From a virus: a DNA stretch of 64,000 nt. Both the position numbers and the translations under genes were made by a program. Below the pieces are notes generated by a model. The model did not search any database and had not been told where the DNA came from. It worked only from the letters and a program-made list of their open reading frames with translations. Positions 54,504 through 62,803 of this stretch are shown piece after piece (the first letter of the stretch is position 1; each line of letters starts with the position of its first letter). The DNA is taken from IMG/VR virus record IMGVR_UViG_3300032053_000032, positions 21,028 through 85,027 of that record, one strand, 5' to 3'.

Positions 54504-55259
54504 ATGACTTCAGCGCGCCGCAGTTACATTCACGTTGACAAGGCTGTCTACGAAAAGATCCTCGCCATGTCTCGGGCCGGGGCACCTGCCGTCACCATCT
54601 CGAAGGAACTCAACCTCGCGCGCGGTACGGTAGCCAAGGCGATGAACACCGGATGGCCCCTCCGCGGCTTCCCGTCCATCAAGGACGTCCTCGCTGGAGA
54701 CAAGCAGGCGGCCCGCGCTGCGGAGCGTGTAGCGAGCGAGCAAGATGCCGTAAGAAGCCTGGAAGAACGCGACCTTGCGCGTAAGCAGGCGGTCGACACT
54801 ATGCTCGCCGAACTGCGGATGATGGGTATCGCCCGGAACGGTGTGACCGGCGTCCTCGCCATCGCCGCCGAGCTGGTACCCGCGATGGTCATCGTAGGGC
54901 GCGGGCTCTCCGACCTGATCAAGCGCAAGATGGCCGACGGTGAGATCGACATCGACGAAGGGCTCCGCATCCTCGGGCGAATGAGCTACATGATCCGCCA
55001 GGGCGTCGGCGCAGCCAGCGATCTCATCTCGTCCGAGCGCGAACGTCAGACCACGCCGGATGGCGCTCCGCAGGCGGACACCGTCGAGGACATGACCGAT
55101 GAGCAGGCCCTCGCGCAGCTCGAACAAGTCCGCGAGATGCTCGACGTCACGCACGCCCGTGGCTTCATCGTCATCGAGGGTGGAAAGTCACGCGTTGGCG
55201 ACGGAGAAGGCACCCCAGTTCAGCCGATCCAACCAGGTACGCCACCGTCGGTCGCATGA
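54504..55259 (+). CDS. terS: Terminase small subunit (putative)
   Basis: N-terminal HTH 'ISKELNLARGTV', helical body, 'EDMTDEQ'; ATGA overlap with terL. Confidence 0.65.
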   Translation: MTSARRSYIHVDKAVYEKILAMSRAGAPAVTISKELNLARGTVAKAMNTGWPLRGFPSIKDVLAGDKQAARAAERVASEQDAVRSLEERDLARKQAVDTMLAELRMMGIARNGVTGVLAIAAELVPAMVIVGRGLSDLIKRKMADGEIDIDEGLRILGRMSYMIRQGVGAASDLISSERERQTTPDGAPQADTVEDMTDEQALAQLEQVREMLDVTHARGFIVIEGGKSRVGDGEGTPVQPIQPGTPPSVA

Positions 55260-56722
55260 CCGCCCCTGCCTCGCTTCGTAGCCTGAACCACAAGTCCTTC
55301 CGCGCGCAGGTCGCGCTCGCGCGCCGTCATGTCGAGTACTTCCTGCCGCTCGTGATGCGGGACGAAGAGACTGGCTTGCCGATCCAGCTCGCCCCTGTTC
55401 ACCGCGCGTGGCACGAGCTGGCCACCCACTACAACCGCCTGGTCATTTGGGCGCACGTTGAGGCCGGGAAAAGCCAGCAGTTATCCATAGGTAGGGTACT
55501 TTGGGCGCTAGGCAAGAACCCGTCGCTGCGCGTCGCGATCGTCTCGAACACCTACGGGCAGGCTGAGAAGGTCGTCCGCACCATCGCGCGCTACATCGCG
55601 AAGTCCCCCGAGTTCGCTGCCGTGTTCCCGAAGTGCCGTCCTGGACTGCCGTGGTCCTCGAACATGCTTACCGTTACGCGGCCTGGCTACCCGAAGGAGC
55701 CCAGCGTTCAAGCTTTCGGCGTCCACGGCAACGTCACCGGCGCGCGCATCGACATGCTCGTGGTCGACGACATCCTCGACCCGGAGAACACCCGCAGCGT
55801 CAAGCAGCGCGATGAGGTCTGGAGCTGGTATAATGCCGCGCTCGTCGGACGCCTCACCGCCAACGCCCGTGTCATCGTCGTTGGTACCGCATACCACCCA
55901 GAGGACTTCCTGCACCGCTTCGCCAAGCAGGTGATCCAGCTCAACGGACCGGAAGCTGCTGCGCGCTTCCCCGTCATCAACGACGACGGAACCCCTCGCT
56001 GGTCGAATCGCTGGCCGCTCTCGCGCATCAACGCCAAGGCAGCTGAGCTAGGCCCGCTAGAGTTCGCCCGGCAGATGCTCTGCAAGGCGCGCGACGACGC
56101 GGAGTCCCGGTTCAAGCGCGAGTGGATCGACGTCTGCCTCGCGAACGGGAACGGCAGTAACATGTCGTATGCACTAGAGAAAGTACCGCCCGGCTACCGC
56201 ACGATCACCGGCGTCGACCTCGCGATTCAGAAGTCTGACGCCGCCGACCGCACCGCCCTGGTTACGATCGCTGTCGGGCCTGATGGGACACGCAACGTTC
56301 TCGCGGTCGAGTCCGGGAAGTGGTCCGGCCCCGAGATCATCGCCAAGATCGTGCAGACTCACGAACGCTATCATAGCGTGGTCATTATCGAAAACAACGC
56401 CGCGCAGGACTACCTGCTCCAGTTCACGCGAGCGCAGAGCGCCGTTCCGATCAAGCCTTTCACAACCGGGCGGAACAAGGCGCACCCCGAGTTTGGTGTA
56501 GAGAGTATCGCCGCCGAGATGGCCAACGGGAAGTGGAGCATCCCAAATATGAACGGGCAGGCGCACCCGGAGATCCTCGCTTGGATCGACGAGATGATGT
56601 TTTATTCACCTTTGACTCATACAGGTGATAGACTGATGGCATCATGGTTCGCACGAGAAGGGATCCGAATGATAATGCACGGGAAAGTTCAATCTGCTCC
56701 AGTGAGCTTCTCCCGACGGTAG
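55256..56722 (+). CDS. terL: Terminase large subunit
   Basis: 'AGKS', 'TGARID.LVVDD', 'VVGT', nuclease 'GVDLA', 'IENNA.Q', 'DRLMA'. Confidence 0.92.
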   Translation: MTAPASLRSLNHKSFRAQVALARRHVEYFLPLVMRDEETGLPIQLAPVHRAWHELATHYNRLVIWAHVEAGKSQQLSIGRVLWALGKNPSLRVAIVSNTYGQAEKVVRTIARYIAKSPEFAAVFPKCRPGLPWSSNMLTVTRPGYPKEPSVQAFGVHGNVTGARIDMLVVDDILDPENTRSVKQRDEVWSWYNAALVGRLTANARVIVVGTAYHPEDFLHRFAKQVIQLNGPEAAARFPVINDDGTPRWSNRWPLSRINAKAAELGPLEFARQMLCKARDDAESRFKREWIDVCLANGNGSNMSYALEKVPPGYRTITGVDLAIQKSDAADRTALVTIAVGPDGTRNVLAVESGKWSGPEIIAKIVQTHERYHSVVIIENNAAQDYLLQFTRAQSAVPIKPFTTGRNKAHPEFGVESIAAEMANGKWSIPNMNGQAHPEILAWIDEMMFYSPLTHTGDRLMASWFAREGIRMIMHGKVQSAPVSFSRR

Positions 56723-56891
56723 AGTGGCGTGTTGTAGTACGGGTGTGCTACCAGATCATGAGGCGAGTGCACTGTAGGTAGGCGCGAGACGAGCCCCCGT
56801 CATGTAGTGAGACGGGACGTAGTTTCGTAAGACCTTCCAACCCGGGTTCCTCGAAAAGTCTAGGCTCTGCCTGGACCTATCTCTTCAAGGT

Positions 56892-56931
56892 GAGCCACCC
56901 GAGCCAAAACAGGCCCGGGTGGCTTTGCTTT
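56892..56931 (+). terminator. Intrinsic terminator-like hairpin
   Basis: GAGCCACCCG / CGGGTGGCTT stem followed by TGCTTT. Confidence 0.6.
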
Positions 56932-56982
56932 ATGCGAGCGAGGAGCGAGGACATGGAGTTTCAGCGAGCAGCATAGCAGCAA

Positions 56983-57402
56983 GTGTGCGTAACTACTCGG
57001 CGAAAATCGCGCCATTTGAAACGTCGCTGGCTACGGTGTTCACCGGCTTACTATCCGCGATGTCAAAAAGCGCTGGTCCTGGGCGCATATTTGATCGCAA
57101 CGCCCAAGCCCTTTATCGTGCCGATGATCTGGGACAACGCGACGGAAGCTGAGCACGCTCTCGGCAACCCCGGACCGCCACGGTGCTACGAGTGCCAGGA
57201 GCTGCTCGTCCGAGCCCGCGGGCTAGCCATGAACGACTGTGGCGAGTGCGAGTCCTGCGCGCAGATGTTCTCGCCGGGTTTGCTCATCTGCCGGAACGCC
57301 GAGTGCTCCGTCGGTGGACCAGCTCTCCGCGGGCTTCCAGAGAACGCCTGGCTGGAAGAGAACGGAACGCGTCGGAACTGGCCTTGCTTAACGGCGCCAT
57401 GA
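56983..57402 (+). CDS. Cys-rich hypothetical protein
   Basis: Several CxxC; start uncertain. Confidence 0.4.
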   Translation: MCVTTRRKSRHLKRRWLRCSPAYYPRCQKALVLGAYLIATPKPFIVPMIWDNATEAEHALGNPGPPRCYECQELLVRARGLAMNDCGECESCAQMFSPGLLICRNAECSVGGPALRGLPENAWLEENGTRRNWPCLTAP

Positions 57403-57541
57403 CGGCGCCCGTATCGTGCGTCTCGCTGTCCGGCGTCCTCACTTCGCGTCTGAACCAGTCGAGCAGTTGCGTACAAGGCCGAGCGCGCGAACGCCCTACG
57501 AATGCCGACAGTCGGCTTGCAGATCGCAGCGGTCTTACGCC

Positions 57542-57913
57542 ATGAAGGATGGCGTGCTCTCCGTGAAGGACGCTGACCTGCTCCGAACGATCATGGAGTG
57601 GGCGCGCAGCCTGCCAACATCGAACCTTCAAGATTCGCTAGAATCTGTTGGCGCGACACCGCATAGCGGCGTGCTTCCGCAGCTGTACGAGTACGAGTAC
57701 ATCAAGATCGCGCGCCTGATGCTCCTCGGGCAGGGCGCTCGTGACTGCGACGTCGACACCATCGCGAAGGTAGTTGAGGTCGCGGAAGCTGCTCTTGCTG
57801 AGCACGCGCTCCGCGGTCACGGACAGCCCGGACAACCGCCGCACGCACGACCCCTCGACTGGGGTAGCGAGATGCAAGATAAGGCTGGATTCCTACTATG
57901 GCCAAAAACGTAA
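57542..57913 (+). CDS. Hypothetical protein
   Basis: GC3-rich coding pattern from ATG 57542. Confidence 0.5.
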   Translation: MKDGVLSVKDADLLRTIMEWARSLPTSNLQDSLESVGATPHSGVLPQLYEYEYIKIARLMLLGQGARDCDVDTIAKVVEVAEAALAEHALRGHGQPGQPPHARPLDWGSEMQDKAGFLLWPKT

Positions 57914-58113
57914 GTAAATCCGTGCCTATGTGCGGTCTTCCGGGTTCGACGTGCATGGAGATAGCGAGTGTCTCCTGCACCCGCTGTTCGGCGTACGTCT
58001 GCACCCGCCACAGCACTCAAGTTCGGTGGGGCTTGCAGATCGGCCCCGTGATCCGGATCGTGAACATGTGCTGGGACTGCGCGGACAGCGTTTCAGACAC
58101 CGGAGGCGAGTAG
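57898..58113 (+). CDS. Small zinc-finger (B-box-like) protein
   Basis: 'CTRC..VC..H..CWDC'. Confidence 0.5.
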   Translation: MAKNVSKSVPMCGLPGSTCMEIASVSCTRCSAYVCTRHSTQVRWGLQIGPVIRIVNMCWDCADSVSDTGGE

Positions 58114-58314
58114 ATGGACATCGGACCGCGTGAACCTGGAACCCGACCGCGCACGAACGACGAAGCCTGGGAGTTCGTCGACATCGTGCTAGACGACCTC
58201 ATCCCGTGGGTGCGCTCGCGCATCAAGCACGTCCGCGACTCGATAGGCACGGAGGCACGACGTGAGGAGATGGTTCTGACGTCCGTGCTGAATATGCTCG
58301 GGTTTAAGCCATGA
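58114..58314 (+). CDS. Hypothetical protein
   Basis: GGAGG RBS. Confidence 0.5.
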   Translation: MDIGPREPGTRPRTNDEAWEFVDIVLDDLIPWVRSRIKHVRDSIGTEARREEMVLTSVLNMLGFKP

Positions 58315-58613
58315 CCCGTGTGAGCCAGCTCCCCGAGCGTCTACCCATCACCGAGCCCTGTACCTGTGACCTCTGCCAGCAGCATCGGATGCTCCCTGGC
58401 AGCGCCGTCCGCTACGGATACCCCCTGTCAGGGAGCAGCGGGTATCCGTTCTCTTTCGAGGTCAAGCCGGAGAAGACCACCCCAGGCCGCCTGTCCTGGG
58501 CCTGGTGGCGTTCCGGCAGCCGCCGCGCCCGCGGGTTCCCTTCCGCTTGCGCGGCCCACAGGGACGCTCTGGCAGCGGTAACAGCCCTCCTAGCGCCCAA
58601 GACCCGCCCGTGA
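58311..58613 (+). CDS. Hypothetical protein
   Basis: ATGA coupling. Confidence 0.4.
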   Translation: MTRVSQLPERLPITEPCTCDLCQQHRMLPGSAVRYGYPLSGSSGYPFSFEVKPEKTTPGRLSWAWWRSGSRRARGFPSACAAHRDALAAVTALLAPKTRP

Positions 58614-58839
58614 GCGAACTTCACCGAGAAGTGGAGAAGCCGCGCCGACTCGCCAAGAGCTAGCAGCTCAGGCCGTAGAAGCGGCCCTTCGTGACCCGGA
58701 ACGTGAAGAATGGGCAGGTCATGAGTCGCACCGAGAAAACCATCGGATTGTGGCCCTCGGATTCATGCCGATCGGCGGTTTTCGTAGGTAGAAATAGGCT
58801 GCTTTGTACAGTCCAGCGAAACTTTGAACAGGAGACACC

Positions 58840-59493
58840 ATGGAGCCCTGCGAAACGTGCGGTTCTACCCCAGCAAACCCGTCAGTTCGCTACTGCGCCG
58901 ACTGCACGGATCCTCACGACAGGAGGTGGTGCAAGCAAGCCAACCCGCTGACCAACCCGCTGACCCCTACCGACTACTTTCACCGCGAGTTCCCGCGTCA
59001 CGGAACGCTCGTACGACCCGGAGACGCGCGTCCGGCTCCGTGGATGCCAAAGGACGGTAACGGCTACAATCGCCCCAAGTACTGCACGGACGTGTGGGCG
59101 CTGCTTCAGTACGACTTGCTGGGGCTTGATCTGTCTTCCGGCATCGCCGAGCCCTGCGAGTCCTTGGCGTTATCCGGGTGGCTCTCGCGAGAGCACAGGA
59201 ATTTACCGAAAGGCGGGCGAGGGAACTTGTGGGAGTTCCGCGGAAAGAAGTCGAACGCCATCTTCGTGCCCGGCTGGATTCACCTCTGCGTGGTTAAGCT
59301 TCCAAACCGCTATGAGGCCGCGCTCGCTATCTGGCTCGCGATGAACGTGCTCACGCCGCTTCAGATCTTCTTCGCGGTGCAGGACAACGACCGGAACGGG
59401 TTCGTGCAGTTCATGCGCGAGACGGGCTACGATCCCGAGCACGAGATGTTCGCCCTCGAAGCCGAGGCAGCTATGCGTGGTCACGCCGGATGA
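58840..59493 (+). CDS. Hypothetical protein with N-terminal zinc finger
   Basis: AGGAG RBS; CxxC..CxxC. Confidence 0.6.
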   Translation: MEPCETCGSTPANPSVRYCADCTDPHDRRWCKQANPLTNPLTPTDYFHREFPRHGTLVRPGDARPAPWMPKDGNGYNRPKYCTDVWALLQYDLLGLDLSSGIAEPCESLALSGWLSREHRNLPKGGRGNLWEFRGKKSNAIFVPGWIHLCVVKLPNRYEAALAIWLAMNVLTPLQIFFAVQDNDRNGFVQFMRETGYDPEHEMFALEAEAAMRGHAG

Positions 59494-59599
59494 CCTGCTC
59501 CTCCTGCATAAGGAAGCTGCGTGAAAGGCGGGCAAGGCGCGGCCTGGATACATGCGCTATCTGCCAAAATAGGGCAGCGCATCAAGCCGAACGTGCACT

Positions 59600-59640
59600 C
59601 GCCCGTGCCTGGCTCCCTGGTGTTCTCGCCGACCTAGAGG
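59600..59640 (+). repeat. 41-bp exact direct repeat, copy B
   Basis: Identical to 46108-46148. Confidence 0.9.
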
Positions 59641-59698
59641 ACGAAGCTCAACGCAAACCTACTGCCCAGCAAGAAGTAGGAAGTGCTATCTTGACTTC

Positions 59699-61321
59699 AT
59701 GCCAGTGGCTGGTGACGCCTTCCGAAACATCACGAACGCTATGCCGCCGGGCACGGGCGGACGTCTTCGGCGTCTCGGCTTATCGCCGCGCGCTCAGCGC
59801 CTGAACGAGCTTTGGGCGCGCTACAAGACGCAGCAGTACGACGTCCGCCTGGCCGACTGGGACGGTAGCCAGCGGCCGACGAGTGTTGAGCGGGAGATCA
59901 TCTCCAGCCAGGGCTTCATCCCGCCGGGCTTCTACGATGCTGGTGGGCAGATGGACAGCCTGCCCATCAAGTTCCGCCGGCCCTCTACACCGTACCACCT
60001 CGCCAAGGTGATCGTGGACCGCTTTACCGGGCTCCTGTTCACGGAGTCCAGGCACCCGCGGATCCGCTGTCCAGGTGACAGCGATACCGAGGACTACGTG
60101 GCTGGTATCGCTGACGTGACCCGGCTCTGGGCGCGCTGCATCGAGGCCCGGCAGTTCGGCGGCGCTACGGGCTCCGCGTGCATGTCCTTCATGTTCGACG
60201 AAGGGCGCCCAGTCATCGAGGTTCACGATCCGCGCTGGACGACCCCTAAGTTCGTCTCGCGCACGAACAAGAAGCTCACAGCCATCGAGGAGAGGTATCA
60301 GTACCCGGAGGAGGTCTTCAACCCGAAGACCGAGCGATACGAGGAGATCGCATTCTGGTACCGGCGCACCATCGACATCCGCAAGGACGTCTTGTTCAAG
60401 CCCGTGCCGGTGGGCAGCGGTGACGAACCAGACTGGGATAACCTCATCGAACGCGAGGTCGAGCATGGGCACGGCTTCTGCCCCGTGATCTGGGTGCAGA
60501 ACCTCCCCGTGAAGGGCGAGGTTGACGGGGAAGGTGACTGCTCCGGCATCTTCGACCTCTGCGACGCGATCGACATGCTCCTATCCGCAGGGAACCAGGG
60601 CACGATCCTGAACTGCGATCCAACGCCAGTGCTCTCGACCGACAAGGAAGACTGGCCGGTGCTCCGCAAGGGTTCCGCGAACGCCGTCAAGCTGGAGAAG
60701 GGCGGGGGCTTTTCCTACGCCGAGATCACCGGAGCTGGCCCGAAGGCCGCGCTGGAGATGGCCGACAAGCTGCGCTCGCTCGCGCTCGAAGTCGCGCAGT
60801 GTACGTTGGAGCATCCTGATGTCGCGAACCGGACCGCGACCGAGGTCGAGCGCAGCACCGAGAGCATGAACAGCAAGGGCGACATCCTACGCGAGCAGTA
60901 CGGACAGCACGCCGTGCTCCCCCTGCTGGAGATGATCATCGCCGCGGCTCGGAAGCTTGGAACGCCGCGCGCCGTCAATGGTGAGGTTACCCGCTCGACC
61001 ATCTCGATCCCGCCGCGCGTCATCGAGGACGAAACCGGGAACGTAACCGTAGTGGAGCGCAAGCTCGGCCCCGGCGCACCGCTGCAACTCCTCTGGTCTG
61101 GCTACGCCAAGCCCTCTATCAAGGACGCGAGCGACGCCGCTACCGCCGCCTCGACCGCGAAGGCCGCCGGGCTCATCGACTCCGAGAGCGCCAGCCAGTA
61201 CGTCGCGCCGTACTTCAACGTCGAAAACCCTCGCGCGATGATCGCGAAAGCGAAGGAAGAGGCAGCCTCCGAACAGGAAGCCGTCCAGTCCTCGCTGATG
61301 CAAGCAAACCGCAGCGGATAG
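59699..61321 (+). CDS. Portal protein (SPP1 gp6-like)
   Basis: 'AKVIVDRFTGLLF', 'EHGHGFCPVIWVQN', 'GEGD..D.ID'; follows terL. Confidence 0.85.
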   Translation: MPVAGDAFRNITNAMPPGTGGRLRRLGLSPRAQRLNELWARYKTQQYDVRLADWDGSQRPTSVEREIISSQGFIPPGFYDAGGQMDSLPIKFRRPSTPYHLAKVIVDRFTGLLFTESRHPRIRCPGDSDTEDYVAGIADVTRLWARCIEARQFGGATGSACMSFMFDEGRPVIEVHDPRWTTPKFVSRTNKKLTAIEERYQYPEEVFNPKTERYEEIAFWYRRTIDIRKDVLFKPVPVGSGDEPDWDNLIEREVEHGHGFCPVIWVQNLPVKGEVDGEGDCSGIFDLCDAIDMLLSAGNQGTILNCDPTPVLSTDKEDWPVLRKGSANAVKLEKGGGFSYAEITGAGPKAALEMADKLRSLALEVAQCTLEHPDVANRTATEVERSTESMNSKGDILREQYGQHAVLPLLEMIIAAARKLGTPRAVNGEVTRSTISIPPRVIEDETGNVTVVERKLGPGAPLQLLWSGYAKPSIKDASDAATAASTAKAAGLIDSESASQYVAPYFNVENPRAMIAKAKEEAASEQEAVQSSLMQANRSG

Positions 61322-61335
61322 CCCAAGCCTCGATC

Positions 61336-61545
61336 ATGGCCACCTGCTTCTGCTCCAGACTTCATCCATGTCAATGCCGAGCGGCGCTACGCTGTGAAGT
61401 GCAGGTCTGGAAGCGCCAGCACGGCTACGTGGCCAACTGGCGCGTCATCCGCGACGTGGCGCTGTTCTTCGCGGTGTTCGGCGGGCTGTTCATCTACCCG
61501 ATCGTGCGGTCGCTCATCGAGATCGCCATGTTTGGGCGTAAGTAA
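61336..61545 (+). CDS. Small membrane protein
   Basis: C-terminal hydrophobic helix. Confidence 0.4.
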   Translation: MATCFCSRLHPCQCRAALRCEVQVWKRQHGYVANWRVIRDVALFFAVFGGLFIYPIVRSLIEIAMFGRK

Positions 61546-61660
61546 AGGTGCGGCCATGAGCGACGACGTTGGCGACGGAGATCGCGGCGGCGTGCCGGGC
61601 GGAGAGGGCGCCGGTGCCGATCTGGCCCGACGCCATCCACGGGCTGGTGGAGGTGACCCG

Positions 61661-62026
61661 ATGAAACGTCCGAGCTACCGTGATGCGGTCTTCCTGCTCG
61701 CGTTCAACGACGATGAGGCGGAGACGGACCCGGAGATCATAAAGAGCAGCGTGGCGCTGGGGATCGTGGCGACCATGTTCGGCGTCGAGGTCGACAAGCT
61801 CGCCCACGACGTCCTCAGGCTGCGCGAGGCGAACCAGGGCCGGTGCGCGACGTGCGGCCGGCCCTGCCCGCTGCGAACCTTTCCGCGGTCGCTGTGCGAC
61901 GTCTGCGAGGCGAAGCGGTCCGATCCCGGTCCGTGCTCGTCGTGCGATGGCACGGGCCGACGTCCGTTCCCGGGGACCGAAGGCGGCATCCTGTGCCGCG
62001 ACTGTGACGGGGTCGGCACCCGATGA
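61661..62026 (+). CDS. Hypothetical protein with DnaJ-type CxxCxGxG zinc finger
   Basis: GGAGG RBS before ATG 61661; 'CSSCDGTG..CRDCDGVG'. Confidence 0.55.
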   Translation: MKRPSYRDAVFLLAFNDDEAETDPEIIKSSVALGIVATMFGVEVDKLAHDVLRLREANQGRCATCGRPCPLRTFPRSLCDVCEAKRSDPGPCSSCDGTGRRPFPGTEGGILCRDCDGVGTR

Positions 62027-62292
62027 TCGCGCCCAGGTTCACGGACGGGGAGCTGGGCACCATTCGCTCCCTGTGCAGTATCCACGTCGACACCGACGAT
62101 GCAAGCAATCGCACGGTGGCGGTGCTCAAGCGAGTGATCGCCAAGATCGACGCCTCGCGCGACCGTCCGCCCTGCAAGGAGTGCGGGCAGCCGATGCTCC
62201 CGCGCGACGTGGCCAAGCTGCCCGGCGAGTACGAGCACGCGAACGGATGTTCACAGGGCAGGGCACCAGGTTCGACCCGGGTGCGCCGATGA
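62023..62292 (+). CDS. Hypothetical protein
   Basis: ATGA coupling; CxxC. Confidence 0.45.
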   Translation: MIAPRFTDGELGTIRSLCSIHVDTDDASNRTVAVLKRVIAKIDASRDRPPCKECGQPMLPRDVAKLPGEYEHANGCSQGRAPGSTRVRR

Positions 62293-62803
62293 GCCTCCTC
62301 GAGCTGGTCGGGCTCGGGATCGGGCTGCCCGTCTCCCTCTTCGCTGCTCTCGTGCTCGGCGGTACTCACTGCCCTGTTGGGGATGGCGAAAGCTATGTCA
62401 GGCAAGGGATCCCGCGACTGGCCGCCGAAGGCGCCATGGAAGCGAAGCAGCCGGTCAGTGAATGGGCCGGCAACGCGCTCAGCCTGCGCGGTCGGAACTG
62501 ATGCACCGCTTCGAGTCGCTCGCATGGGAGATCGCCGTCACGCTGTTGTGGCTCTCGGGCCCCGCCGGGGTGTACCTGCGATGACGCGCGCAGCAGACCT
62601 CTTCGCGGCCGTCGCCGCCGTCGACGTCATCGACTGCCGGTGTCCTGCGTCGGTGCGGCCGTGACGCACCCGGGTGGCCGTGCTGAACACGTCACTCGGC
62701 GCGTTCTGCTTTCCGCCAGACGACAACACGCCGGATCGGGGGCCGCAGTGAACCCGCAAATCCGCCACGCGCAGCGCGCCTGCGAGGCGGCCAAGGCCAG
62801 GCA

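Noticed and set aside
46108-59640. Diversity-generating retroelement TR/VR pair
   Set aside because: The copies are identical with no adenine-specific mismatches, are short, and no reverse transcriptase is in the window
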